DNA of 64,000 nucleotides from the human T2T-CHM13v2.0 reference genome, Homo sapiens: NCBI GenBank assembly GCA_009914755.4, contig CP086569.2, positions 22,432,001 to 22,496,000 of the forward strand, read 5' to 3'. Shown piece by piece: positions 50,137 to 64,000 of this stretch (position 1 is its first letter; each line of letters starts with the position of its first letter). The notes under the pieces were generated by a model. It saw only the letters and a program-made list of their open reading frames with translations, ran no database searches and was not told where the DNA came from. The position numbers and the translations under genes were made by a program.

Positions 50137-53100
50137 TAAACTACTCCAGATTTCAATCTGTCTGCTCCATTGATCTTGCTTTTGTCAAGGTCTTCAGTGA
50201 CTTCCACATTTCTAATTTTCCTAGGGAAAACAATGGGGAGAATTTTATAAAACACACATAGAAATAAAGCAAATTGTATTTGACTGGTTACAATTATACA
50301 GTTGTCTCATTTGATCTATCCCATTGGAAAATCTTAATTATGTAAGTTCCTTAACTGCTTCTGATTGGTTGATATACATTCTGTTTTTCTGTGATATAAA
50401 CATTAGAAGAAGTAGCTCAAGTTAGTTTTGCTTATGTTTGCAAATCAAGCAAGATTGAAGTTACTTATGAGGCCTAACTTTGTTTTTCATCTAAGAGATT
50501 CTTCAGGCCCAGTCTCTATTTTAATTTGTTTCAGCATCAGTTGACCTGTTGTCCTCGATGTGTTTATTTTGTTTGTTTTGATTTTTACCTTTTTATTTTA
50601 ATATAAAACTCTGATATGGAAAACACACAACACAAGTGTATGGTTTTATTTCTGCCCCACAGATATAAAGCAACAGAATATTGCCAACCAAACTAGTGTT
50701 CCAATGCAGATGTCTTGTCCAAATCACCATTCCCTTTAGGACTTTTCACAATACTGAGACATTTGTCTGTGTTATTAGGAAGCCACTCAGTGGCCAATGA
50801 AGAAATGAAAACCAAAGACAGTTAGACTAAGAAGAAATACATAATGAATCTAGGTCTCGAAGAAGGCAGGAGTGGAAAGAATCAGGTAAATTCTACATCA
50901 TTGACAAGGTTTAGTCTCAGAAAAAAGAAATTTCTCTTACTGCAATTAAGAGAAAAGAGATGACAAGACAATTTCGTTCAAACTGTCATTTAACAAACAT
51001 TTATTAAGCTCCTATTAACTGGCAGTAGTGTAGAAAGCACTAGAGAAAGATTTTAATGGGAAAATAAACTTTACTTGGGCTCTCCTGCTTGATGGACTTA
51101 ATCACTTTGAAAAAGGAGGAGATGAGGTTGTGGTTCTCAGTAAAAGCTGTTTAGGGAATTCTAGATTTGGACATTTGAAGAGTGAGAACACAATTTCAAA
51201 AAGCTACAGTAGAGAAAGCCCTACAGAATCAATATATTTTCTGCACAGGACTCTGGATAGAGGCAAGCCTAGCATTTTGTTTTAAAAACTAACCTTGGAA
51301 GTCTTATATCGGACATCACAGTGAATCCAGTTGATTCTTATTTTTAAAATTGCACCTGCCATTGGAGTGATGCCAAAACACACATACCAAATTAAAGCAC
51401 AAACACCAATAAAACATAACAGGAGCAGAATGCTGCAAACTCAATTGCTTATCAAAAAACTATTAGCTTTAAAATGTTAGCATGTCAGGAAACAATTTCC
51501 TTCTACTAACATCAGCTTTGAAGATCAGCTAATCAGAAATACATAGAATTAGAACAGGCAGTGAATTCAATAAAGTAGATCTTGCAGTAAAATAAACTTT
51601 GCTCCAGGCCCATGCTGTTGGGATTAGAAAGGCATCATCAGGCACATGTCTGCAGATCAGAGGTCTCAGCCAGTGATAATTCTGGTATTTACAGTCCACC
51701 TATTATAACTTAAGTCATCTTTTTAAATATCTTATTTGTTATAATATTTAATTTTCTCTTTAAGAGTGCTGAGCACTTTAGAAATAAACTAGGATGCCAG
51801 AACACTTTAGAAATAAACATATCTGAATAAGCTAGCCAGTGGGACTTCTTTTGTGTTTTCATTTCTTTCAGCAGGATTTTTTTTTCTTTAAGTACTTTCC
51901 TTCTGTTCTCATAAGTTAATCTGCATTTGTGATTTTGGAATTTTGCAGAGTGGAATGTGATTGCTGAAGTCTTAATCAACATTCAGGCTGACAGAACAGT
52001 TGAACAAGCTATTATGTTTTGTGCAGAGAGATAGATTTATTGTAAATGCTCTGGGCTCTCTGAAAAGTTGGGAGAATAGGACTTTGAAACTAATGAGGGT
52101 GTCAAAGTTTGGTTTTAGATTCCTGTATAATTGAGAGAACTGCAAAGATGACTTGGGGAAGAGTTATTTATAATATCATTGAATGGAAGTTAAAAAGGAC
52201 AGTATCTTACTTTAAATATGATATGTTTTGTAATTATTAACTGAATCATAGAATTTGAATTGAATGAGATTTCATAAGGCAATCAGTCTAGTGATTTCCC
52301 AATACTGATTTCCAGACAGACATAAGACTGGGATAATATTTTCACTAATTCATAGCAAAATTAAAAAAATAAGATAACAATATAGACAGGTATTCAATGA
52401 AGCTAGGTTTATTTGATTTTAATCTTAATATTAAATTCTTTTTATTTTTAGTCCTAAAATACTCTTTCTTCTTTGAGATGACAGATGTATATGGTGAGAT
52501 GTATAAAGTGCTCTTGGTTAGATTAAATGAAACAATCATTGTTCTTTTGGAAATTGGAGTAGGGCTGATATGAAGCTAGACTAGGAAGCAGGCAGCATTT
52601 GGTTTGAAGACCAAGATATTGTTGTGCCTGAGCTCTTTTCTTTTTCTATGGTACTCAATATCCTCATTTTTCTATGCAGTTTACAATGTCATTTTGTTCC
52701 CTACTCCGTTCTCTCCTAAATAGAAACCAGCTTTGAAAAAGTATCAGCTTTTAGCCATTTATCCAACTCAAAGGCAAACTGAGAGTGAACTGTAGGTGCT
52801 AGAAACCACAATCCACTGCTCTCAATTTTATTTTCTCATGTACGTTAATCTCTCCCTCTCTACCAGCTCAGTATACATATACAACTGTGATCTAAATTCT
52901 TATATTGCTTTCATAAATTAGAATTTTTCCCATTGTTTATCCCCCTGCCACCTACCCCTCATTTCTTTTCTCCACTAAACACACAGTACCCACTTTCCTC
53001 ATTTCTTCCCTCTCACTATTCAGTTCAGTTCAATTTGGTTTTGTTCTCATTTCACTGGAACTGCTTTTATCAAGAACAGCATCACCATTTGTACTATTAA

Positions 53101-54670
53101 AACTGCTGGTTACTTTACGATGTTCCTCTTACTCCAATTCTCGACATTATTCTGCACATTAGCAACTCTCTGTTCTTCAAACACAGAACTATGCCAAAAT
53201 TGTCCTATTTTAGAGCCTTGGCAGCTGTTTTTTTTTTCTGCTTTTCAAATGGTTGATCTTTCTGATATATCAAATAAGACTTCCTTGGAGAAATCTTCAC
53301 TTAGTACCCAAAACACAGTAGTTCTGTGTATTACACCAACCATCACTACTCTCTGTTACTCTCTTTCAGCATCCCCAAATTTCCTTCACATCATTTACAA
53401 GTGCTTGTGTCTTTTATTTTTTAACTGTCTCTCCCTGTACATCAAGGTTTATGAAGTCAGGGACCATTAATCCCATATTCATTGTTATACCTCCAGAACC
53501 CAGCACAGTGGTTGTTTCATAGTAGTTTTTAAATAAAGATTTGTTGAATAATTTGATGGATAGATGAATGCCAAGAATCCCACAATATTTATTTTTTACT
53601 AGCCTCAACTTAAAAACTCATGCTAAGACTTTTATACTTTACCTTTGCAATGATTCTCACATCTTTCTCTTTCTTCTAGTCCTTGCTTCCACTTTCCTTG
53701 CCCAGGCCACCATCATCATTAGTTTAACCATTTAATAAAACTCATAACTCACCTCCTGTCTTCTTTTGCTGATCTTCATTTTGTCTTATAACCTTCCTGA
53801 AACTTTGATCTTATTTTCCTATGGAAAAGGAAACAAAATAAAAAAAAAACTCCCTTTTGTGCAGACAGTTTCTTCTAAACTTTCTATCCTGGCATTTATG
53901 GTCCTTCAAGACCTGGCTTTAGCTGATACCAGCTGTAAGTAATCATAATATCCCATGAATTTGCCTAGCTATTTTTTTTGTGTGTACTTCTCTTTTGAAA
54001 TTTTGTGACTCAATCTTGTGTTATTACACCATTTAATAGAATGAGAACATGTTGAGGACATATAACATGGTATGTTTTTCTAATCTCAGCACTTAACACA
54101 GTTTTTGATACACACAAGCTCTATACATATTTACTGAATAAATCATTGTGTGACCCTCTTCTTGAAGTTCTATGTTCAGTAACAAAGAGAATATAGAATA
54201 TAAAAACGATTAATTGCAAACTCTATATAGTGTTTGGGTTTAACTAAAACATTGATTTCTGTACATTTTGTTTAAGGCAATGGATATAACTTATTCTCTG
54301 TGCTAATATTAAAGATTGTTGTGCATCTGATGCCTGAAGTTTCCTGAGCCAAAAGAGGAAAAATCTTCTCCTTAGAAATTCTTCAACTGAGAGGCCATCC
54401 AATCAATTAGAAGACCCTCAGCAAAAAACCTGTTGACGTATGTGGCCTTTTCCACAGAAAGATCTGCAAGATATGAAGAGAACAATAGCCTCAGGCAGTA
54501 CACTCAGCAGATCAGACTGTAAAATGTGAAAAAACCCACTCTGAACATTTCTAGCATAGGCTGGCTCCCTGCAGGTCCTGATATTGACCCTGAAGCATGC
54601 TGCTTAGACTTCCATTGCAGATGAAATAAGTGGCCAAACATGTATGTATGTGTATGTATGCGTGTATTTT

Positions 54671-54672
<2 letters not shown>

Positions 54673-54722
<50 letters not shown>
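54673..54722. repeat. (CA)n microsatellite (~25 repeats), flanked by (TA)n; sits where the adjacent minus-strand Alu's tail would be.
   Basis: Direct reading of cacacacacaca...catatatatacatat immediately before gagacagagcc (Alu 3' end complement). Confidence 0.9.
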
Positions 54723-54730
<8 letters not shown>

Positions 54731-54735
54731 CATAT

Positions 54736-55032
54736 GAGACAGAGCCTCCCTTTGTTTCCCAGACTGGACTGGATTTCAGCAGCTCAATCTCTGTGCACTG
54801 GAGCCTCAACCTCCTGAGCTCAACTGATCCTCCTGAGAAATTCTCTAGCCTTATCTTCCTGAGTAACTGAGACCACAGGCACACACCACCAGGCCTGGAT
54901 AATATTTTGTATTTTTTTGTAGAGACAGGGTTTCACCATAGTTTCAAGCTGGTCTGGAACACCTCACTTCAAGTGATCCACCCACCTCAGCCTTGAAAAA
55001 TGATGGGATTACAGGTGTGAGCCACTGCACCC
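54736..55032 (-). mobile_element. Alu SINE.
   Basis: gagacagagcctccctttgtttcccagactggactggatttcagcagctcaatc...gggattacaggtgtgagccactgcaccc. Confidence 0.85.
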
Positions 55033-55071
55033 TACCACACATATTTCTAAATATTTTAAAATATTAATTTT

Positions 55072-55420
<349 letters not shown>

Positions 55421-55990
55421 TTACTTTCATGGATTATTGTTCTTAACCTAGTAGTTTTCAATTTTGAATGCATATTAATGTTACCTGTCAAGCTTTCAAA
55501 AGTTCAGATGTCCAGGATCCATTGATCGCCATACATTCTGATTTAATTGGTCTGGGATAGATCCCAGATGTGGTATGCCTTTTGTAAACTCCCCCAGTAA
55601 ATCTAAGCTTTTTCTATGATTGAGAAGCATTTATACTCATTGAAGGCTGCCATTCTGCTGTAAGTTACTAAGGAATCAAATAATTGATGTAGTTGAGGGG
55701 CTTTTTGTTTCATTCTAACATTGATTTTTCTTTTATGAAGCTGTAAGCTTGAGGTTTGAGCACTCCACATTCAACATCTACAGTGAATGCTAGTGAAACC
55801 TTACAGTCAGAACGTTCAATAGTATTCCACTAGGTACTAGCTGTTCCAGTTGTATTTGTTAACAGTTAGAAGATGGTGGACATGATGTCCATAATTTTAA
55901 TCAATCATGGTCTTGTCTCTGAGTAAACAAAGTGCATGACTGATATTTGTGATACTTCATGCTGTATCCCAGGCTATCTTCTTATCTTCT

Positions 55991-56290
55991 ATTTTTTCTT
56001 TTTCTTTTTGAGGTGGAGTTTCACTCTTGTTGCCCAGGCTGTAGTGCAATGGCGTGTTGTCATCTCACTGCAACTTCCGCCTCCCAGGTTCAAACAATTC
56101 TCCTGTCTCAGCCTCCTGAGTAGCTGGGGTTTCAGGCACCTGCCACCATGCCTGGCTACTTTTTCTGTTTTTAGTAGTGAGGGGGTTTTGCCATTTGGGC
56201 CAGGTATATCTGGAACTTCTGACCTCAGGTGATCCACCTGCCTGGGCCTCCCAAAGTGTAGTATTACAGGTGTGAGCCACAGGGCCCAGC
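55991..56290 (-). mobile_element. Alu SINE.
   Basis: T-rich tail complement, then gaggtggagtttcactcttgttgcccaggctgtagtgcaatggc...tattacaggtgtgagccacagggcccagcc. Confidence 0.88.
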
Positions 56291-56763
56291 CTTCTATTTT
56301 CATCTTATACTATGACTGGTTAATCTTCCAGCTTATGCACCTTGAATTATGTTTTAGTCACGTTGATTCCAATAATGCACAAGCTTTTGTGTCTCCAGGT
56401 GCTTGCACATGCTGTTTCCTCTGTTTGGACTCCCCTTCCCTTCTTGTCTGCCTAAAACATTCCTACTGACTCTCCTATATCAAGAGCTCTTGATGATGCA
56501 CATTCTGTATTAGTAAGTAAAATATATGTGTATTTTTGTTATGTAAATTTTTATTGAAAGAATCATCATAAATTTCGTTACATCCTTAAAAAGGGTCTGT
56601 GACCCCATAAATATTAAGATTCATTTGTTTCTGCCTTTAGTCAAATGTGACACAATGAAAGGATACTCTGAGACCTCGTTGTTTTCAACTGCCCAAAACA
56701 AGTTATCTGTCACAGATATTCTGTCCCCTTTCTCAGTTTTTATGGCACTTTACATATCCCTCC

Positions 56764-57070
<307 letters not shown>

Positions 57071-57736
57071 TCGTACATATCTCTCTTTGTACATCATTTT
57101 TATTTGTCTCCCTTTGGACTGAAGGCAGAAACAAGGTCTTATTCACATTTGATCCCAGAACTTAGCACAAATAGATCATTTTAGCTGGGAGAATGTTGAC
57201 GCTTAAGTCAACTTGCCTGGAATTTAAAGGTTTTCATATACTAAAGTTCTGAGGATACAGTGCTTTCATCTTCTAACTGTTACTCATACATTTCAATTTC
57301 TGACCAGTCATTGCCCTTTTTCAGGTAACAATGTGAATACCAAGAAATACAACATTTCTCCATAATAAAATATGAAAATCTTGAGCTGTGATAGTTTGAC
57401 ACAAACAGAATTAGTGTGGTGCTATCTTCTTCTCCAAGATAATTTCTTCCAATACTTAAATTATATGTGTTATAGAAAGAAAAGAAATAAATAAAACTAA
57501 GGGGAATAAATTGTTGGCAAAATAATTTAATAAAAAGTCTCAGAAGTTAATGATGCTCAATTTGTAGATTAAAAGGCTAGCACCTAGAAAAACAGAAGAA
57601 AATAGACTCATCTCAAGATATATCAGTGTAAAATTTGAGAACGCTGAAAACAGAGAAAATTGTATGTTTCCAGAGGGGCAAAAATAGGTCAGGTACAAAG
57701 GATGAGGAATCAGATGATTTAAAAATTTTCAGCACT

Positions 57737-58046
57737 GGCCAGGAGTGGTGGTTCACGCCTGTAATCCCAGCACTTTGGGAAGCCAAGGCACACTTTGGGA
57801 GGCCAAGATGGGCAAATAACCTGAGGTCAGAAGTTTGAGACCAGCTTGACCAATAAGGAGCAACCCAATCTCTACTAAAAATAAAAAATTAGCTGGGCAT
57901 GATGGCACCTGCCTGTAATCTCAGCTACTCAGGAGGCTGAGGCAGGAGAATCACTTGAACCCAGGAGGTGGAGGTTGCAGTAAGCTGAGATCATGCAATT
58001 GAACTCCAGCCTGGCAACAGGAACAAAACTGTACCTCAAAAAAATT
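57737..58046 (+). mobile_element. Alu SINE with a small internal duplication and an A-rich tail.
   Basis: ggccaggagtggtggttcacgcctgtaatcccagcactttgggaagccaaggcacactttgggaggccaagatggg...gcagtaagctgagatcatgcaattgaactccagcctggcaacag. Confidence 0.88.
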
Positions 58047-59007
58047 TTTTTCAACACCATCACTATAAACCAGAAGGCAATGGAGTTATGCTTTGAAAAT
58101 TCTAAAGGAAAATGATTTCTGACATATGTTTCTACTTCCACATAGAAAAAAATTAAACGTACAAGTAGAAAACATACATTTTTTGGACATATGACATCTC
58201 TAACATTGTGTCTCCCTGTGAACCTATTCTCAAGATGCTACTACAGACTTTTTCCTACCAAAAGGAAAAAGTAAACTAAGAAAGAGAAAGACATGGAATG
58301 CCAAAAATAGGAGACATAACGCAAGAGAATAAATTCTTAAAAGTGTGGTGAAGGAAAATCCTAGGATGAGAAAATTGAGTCAGGCCTAGAGGGCAACCAT
58401 TCAAGACTGTTGCAGGGAAACAGCCAACAAGGAAGTATTCTTCAAGGTGAGAGCATTTATAGAACAATTGAAGTGAATAAAAGTCTCGATATGAGATTTT
58501 AAATTTGTAAAGAATTTTCCATTGAGTTAACACAAATTAAAATAAAATTAAGTTGAAGTTGAACAACAAAATTAATAACATAAATATTTCTCAGCTCCCT
58601 ATCATTGATTATCATGATAGAAATTTAAAAGTACTTAGAACTTAATGATATTGAAAATATTACAAATGAAATTTGTGAGTAGCAGGAAAAGTGATATTGC
58701 AATAGGAGTTTATACACTTAAATGTTTCTACAACTTAAAAATTAATGTACTAGGTGTTTACATAAAGAATTAGAAAAGAAACAACAGAATCAATTCTGAA
58801 AAACTAAAGTGCAGGGATGATGATGTAGAGAAAATTAGTAAAACATACAAAGATAATATTTGGTTGTTGGAGAAACATAATAAAAGATGCAAACCTCAGG
58901 CAAGTTAAGAAAAAAAAGGGAGAAAGCACAAATAAAACTAAGAATTAAAAAGATACATAACAATAGATACAGTACAGATTAGGAAGCTAATAAGAAAATA
59001 TGGACTA

Positions 59008-59570
59008 TAAATCATGCTGCTATAAAGACACATGCACACATATGTTTATTGCGGCATTATTCACGATAGCAAAGACTTGGAACCAACCCAAATGTCCAAC
59101 AATGATAGACTGGATTAAGAAAATGTGGCACATGTACACCATGGAATACTATGCAGCCAGAAAAAATGATGAGTTCATGTCCTTTGCAGGGACATGGATG
59201 AAATTGGAAATCATCATTCTCAGTCAACTATCGCAAGAACAAAAAACCAAACACTGCATATTCTCACTCATAGGTGGGAATTGAACAATGAGATCACATG
59301 GACACAGGAAGGGGAATATCACACTCTGGGGACTGTTGTGGGGTGGGGGGAGGGGGGAGGGATAGCATTGGGAGATATACCTAATGCTAGATGACAAGTT
59401 AGTGGGTGCAGCGCACCAGCATGGCACATGTATACATATGTAACTAACCTGCACAATGTGCACATGTACCCTAAAACTTAAAGTATAATAATAAAAAATA
59501 AATAAAAATAAATAAAAACTAAAAATAAATAAATTAATTAAATTTAATAAAATATAACAAAAAAGAAAAT
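59008..59570 (+). mobile_element. LINE-1 (L1PA-like) 3' end: ORF2 C-terminus plus 3' UTR and an A-rich tail.
   Basis: Translation CYKDTCTHMFIAALFTIAKTWNQPKCPTMIDWIKKMWHMYTMEYYAARKNDEFMSFAGTWMKLEIIILSQLSQEQKTKHCIFSLIGGN matches the L1 ORF2 end. 3' UTR ...gggagggatagcattgggagatatacctaatgctagatgacaagttagtgggtgcagcgcaccagcatggcacatgtatacatatgtaactaacctgcacaatgtgcacatgtaccctaaaacttaaagtataataa. Confidence 0.9.
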
Positions 59571-59689
59571 ATGATTAACACTTTGTGCTACGAATCTGAA
59601 AACTTAGATCAATAGATTTTTATAAATATATAGCTAAGAAAAATTGATACAAGAATAAGTATGTAATCTGAATAGTCTCATAAATGTTA

Positions 59690-60030
59690 AAGGAAATAAA
59701 GGATTATTCCTACAGATAAAACACTAGGCCCAGATTTATTTCCCCAGACAGAGCATTTCAACATATGTAAAGAATTGTATAAAATAAAAAAGGGAAAATC
59801 CTAAACTTATTCTGTGAGGCAAGCAGAACTTTGATACCAATGCCACATAAATTGAGTATACAAAAAGATATTTTTTAAAAAGTCCATTCTCATTCATGAA
59901 ATAAATGGTAAAATCCCAAAAGTGGATTCCTTGAGGGTTAGGATGAAATTTGCTACTGCCAGATCGTGCTATTCTGGGGTAGCTCACACACAAATTGATG
60001 TTTTGAGTTTGTCTGTAATACCCAAGCAAT
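59690..60030 (+). mobile_element. Possible older L1 (L1M/L1PB-like) ORF2 5'-region fragment.
   Basis: ...cccagacagagcatttcaacatatgtaaag...attctgtgaggcaagcagaactttgataccaa... resembles the L1 ORF2 region encoding ...NSFYEASIILIPKP... Diverged; boundaries uncertain. Confidence 0.4.
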
Positions 60031-60780
60031 ATGGAACTGGCTTGACAATCTGTGTGATGGCCAGCCTGTGGCCATGACTTCTCAGGGACACAATATTTTT
60101 TTCTCTTTTCCTCCTTATTCTGCTCAGCTCCAAGACAACTTTGGCCAAAGTTCCTTGAGCTTGGAAACAGGAATGGGTTTACTTCTGTTTCACCCTTACC
60201 ATGAAGATACTATCCTATGGGATTCCAGATCCATTTGGAGAGAGTTGGCTATTAAACTCTTTTCATAAGTAGGCCCTGGGCCTTGACTACAGTCTTTCTT
60301 GAGATATGAGGCTAAGAGTTCCTTCCTGGCCTGCCAGTTTTTGACATGATTAATGTTCTTTCCATTCAGAATTTTTAATTGTTTGGGAGGTGATATAGTT
60401 TCATGTGCCTCCCTTCAAATCACAACTTCAATTGTATGTCCCAGAATTCTCACGTTTTGAGGACGGGACCCAGGGAGAGGTAATTGAATCATGGGGGCTG
60501 GTCTTGCTCGAACTATTCTTGTAATAGTGAATAAGACTCACAGGATCCAATGGGTTTATCAGGGGTTTATGCTTTTGCTTTTTCCTTATTCCCTCTTGCC
60601 ACCACCATGCAAGAAGTGCCTTTATTCCTATGCCATGATTCTGAGGTCTCCCTAGCCATGTGGAACTGTAAGTCCAACTAAACCTCCTTTTCTTCCCAAT
60701 TTCAGATATGTCCTTATGAACAGCATGAAAATGAACTAATACAGGAGGATTGGTCCAAATAACTTGAGCTTCCAATATAG

Positions 60781-61161
<381 letters not shown>

Positions 61162-61191
61162 TGACTCCAATATTTTTACCTAAATGCTGTT

Positions 61192-61501
61192 GCCTTATTT
61201 TATTTTATTTATTTTATTTTATGAGAAAGGTTCTCACTCTGTCATGCAGTTTGGAGTGCAGTGATGAGATCTGGGCTTACTGCAACTTCTGTCTCCCAGG
61301 TTCAGGCAGTTCTCCTGCCTCAGCCTCCTAAGTAACTGGGACTACAGGAAAGTGCCACTAGACCTGGCTAATTTTTGCATTTTTCATAGAGATATGTTTG
61401 CCATGTTGCCCAGGCTGGTCTTGAACTCCTGACCACAAGTGACCTGCCCACCTTCGCCTCCCAAAGTGTGGAAATTACAGCCATGAGCCACCACGTCTGG
61501 C
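61192..61501 (-). mobile_element. Alu SINE, in the same orientation and directly adjacent to the previous Alu.
   Basis: (ttta)n-like tail complement, then gagaaaggttctcactctgtcatgcagtttggagtgcagtgatgagatctgggcttactgcaac...gtggaaattacagccatgagccaccacgtctggc. Confidence 0.88.
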
Positions 61502-63753
61502 TTGGAATTGCCATTTTTTGACATAGAAAATCTCTGGAGGTAAAAGTTTGGTTTATGGGAGCACCTGAGCTCAGTTTGGCCCATAAGTTTGGGATACCTA
61601 TTATTTACTGGCAGTGATGGCATGTTGTTAATGTACAATATGTTCATGCACATAGCATATGTATGTGCTCATCAGATATTTTCAGGTGAAAAATAGTCAG
61701 TCCCATAGTTTGAGCCATTATAACAATTTCTACCCAGGGATTTCACAGTCAGATTCCAGTTCTGGGTAACAGTGATTAACATAATGGTTATTAATGAGAA
61801 GAGATTTTGAGATGTCCAGCCATGTTTAGATGTCAGTGCCTTGAAGGGATGGGTTTGGCATATTAATAAGAAAGAGGGCATTGGACTGCATACTAAGAAA
61901 CATAATGAATTGTTTTTCTTGTCCTCTATAACATGAAAGGTCAATTAGAGATATAGAAACAATTGAATATTTCACAGCATGGCTTGACATTTCACTGAAC
62001 TTTTATCCTTTTAACCATGTACAAAGTTTATTAAATATGCAAAGGTAGGACTGCTACAGTAAGAAAGAGGAGGAGTCAGAGGTCACAATCCACAGCAAGG
62101 TGACTGTCTCTTGTGGATGGCGCCCTGAGAGATGAATTCGAGTGAGCATCAAGTTTCAGATTGCCAACAAGGATCAAGGAGAATGAAGCTATCAACAGTC
62201 AACATTACTGGATTAATTGAAATAAATATTGACAGAGATTTTGTTGGCTTTCCAGCAAATTGAGTACAGATAAGGTAACCACTTATCAAATTTCACACCT
62301 ATGAAATTACATAAATTTATATGTACATATGCAAATTCACAGTGTGCAAATATGTGTCTATATCTAAAGATATACAAATCCATTGACCAACAGAAAGTTA
62401 GAAATTATTCTCCCATTTTACCATTCCCTTTCCAGGAATTTTGTCACAAGTACAGTTTTTCTATATGTTTGAAGCCTACTCCCTGGAGGCATGAAATATA
62501 TGGATACAGTAAAGCTATGAGATATCATAGTGTTTCTATCAGAGAAAAAAATAACACTGGTGTTACAAAAGATCCATTGTGAGGAGAAAGTTACACTTCA
62601 CATTACAACAAATACAGAAGTACGATTTCATCAAAGGCTGAAATCAGTCAATAAAATTTGTATTTAATGCTTTATTTAAAATACTTAATTTCAAAAGTAT
62701 TACCTAAATAGAATAAGGGTATTGGTAATAAATAATTTTGAAGAATTCCCTTTAATATGTTGATTATTTAACATGTAACTAAAATACTAAAAGTTACTGT
62801 ACAATGTAGTTTCATGAAGCATTCTTTATGGTTTTCATAAAATTAATAGTCAACGGAGTATTTTGAGACTGAGGAAGTTCCATATATTATTGTATTGCAC
62901 TTTCACTTTATTAATTGCTTTCATGTTGTAACTGATGGAATTAAAAATATTTATACTTACACATATACAAATGTTGTATTTTTGTTCATGTTTTCTAGTG
63001 AGATAAAGTTGCCAATAATTTTATCAATATAGGAAAATTTTTATAAGATCAAAGTTCTTAACTTTCTTTTCTTTTGAAATTTTATATTTCAGTCTAGATA
63101 TGAGATGGAATTGGCTGTGATCATTCTTTGATTTCACTATGATTACTGAGTTTCTGATACAGTGTTGGGAACTTATAGACTTTAAATCTTGCTTTCTTCT
63201 TCTTCATCTCCTATTGGAACTGTATATGTGATTTCTGCAGTAATGGGCATTGTTATCTGACGTATGGTTGCTGAAAGATACAAACAGAAATGGAATTCTT
63301 AGTTTCAGTGAATCTTTAGGAACAGACAAGTAAAAGTGAAGGATGATTATTGTATGAATGTTAGTAAACTGTTTATCACAGAGTTACAATAAGGGTGAAA
63401 ATAAATTTAAAAATACATACCTCATCCAAAACATGAGGTAGTAAAAATAAAAAAATTAATTTGACAGAAAGAACAGTTTAAAAGTTGTGATTATTTCTGG
63501 TGAGAGCAAGTAGCTCAGAAACTATGAGGAAGTCCTGCAAAGCTACATGATGGATTTGCAAGTGAGGATGGGGAGCCTGGTTCTGGGGGAGGGTTCCAAG
63601 TCCTGGTCAGGTTGAGGTCCTCCTGGGGCTCAGGGATGTCTCAGCGGGAAAGCCGGGAAGGGGAAAATGCATGCTTCACCCCAGCTAGCAGGCCACCTCA
63701 ACCCACCTAGATGAAATTGTCCATTGACTGTCCTCTTTCTCCTTCTTGGATAG

Positions 63754-63892
63754 GCAGGTGGAGGAACTCAGCCACCCTGAGTACAAGTGGCAAGAAGAAG
63801 TTTGCCTTTCATCACAACATTTACTTCCACAATGAAGTGATCATTAAGGAGTATTGCATTGGAATTCTCAATAAGGAGTGCCTCCCGGCATG
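63754..63892 (+). CDS. Candidate internal coding exon (139 nt) of an unidentified gene; speculative.
   Basis: Strong acceptor context tgtcctctttctccttcttggatag|GCAGG and a plausible donor CATG|gtagag. One frame is open throughout: RWRNSATLSTSGKKKFAFHHNIYFHNEVIIKEYCIGILNKECLPAW. No recognised homology, so this may be fortuitous. Confidence 0.2.
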
Positions 63893-64000
63893 GTAGAGGG
63901 GATGGTATGTGGGAAGCTAGGCCTGGCATGAGCCTTCCTGACTCCTTCCCCTCCAGGATACAGGGTGACTACCTCCACTACAGTCCGGTTGTTCTAGGGT

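Overview
This window is primate (human-like) nuclear DNA, not prokaryotic, so there are no CRISPR arrays, operons or defence islands to call. Most of it is one large macrosatellite-like tandem array of ~2.4-2.5 kb units running from ~7128 to ~50136. About 7.7 units sit in one orientation (7128-40196). A further ~4 units (40199-50136) follow in inverted orientation, which makes a near-palindromic junction at ~40.2 kb. The units differ by roughly 8-15% from one another, so the array looks old and unhomogenised. It carries per-unit (GT)n and poly(T)/poly(A) microsatellites, and in one unit that tract has become a long (GAA)n run. One unit (U4) holds two independent endogenous retroviruses. The first (14503-22549) is a class I gammaretrovirus-like provirus with ~445-bp LTRs and recognisable gag (MA/CA/NC), protease, RT-RNaseH-IN and env. 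Its env TM keeps a CX6CC motif and immunosuppressive-domain-like segment. It also carries a ~95-bp patch of array-derived sequence inside its env leader. The second (23293-29283) is a class II HERV-K(HML)-like provirus with ~586-bp LTRs and a tRNA-Lys-like PBS. It has gag, a dUTPase/truncated protease and env but lacks pol, and an Alu sits in its 5' LTR. The flanks hold L1 3' ends, at least nine Alus, simple repeats, and a GC-rich polyadenylated segment at the left edge. I found no convincing protein-coding gene. One possible isolated exon (63754-63892) has good splice signals but I could not recognise homology. I cannot name the macrosatellite family from memory; SST1/MER22-type is a candidate to test. 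Coordinates are read by eye and may be off by a few bases.
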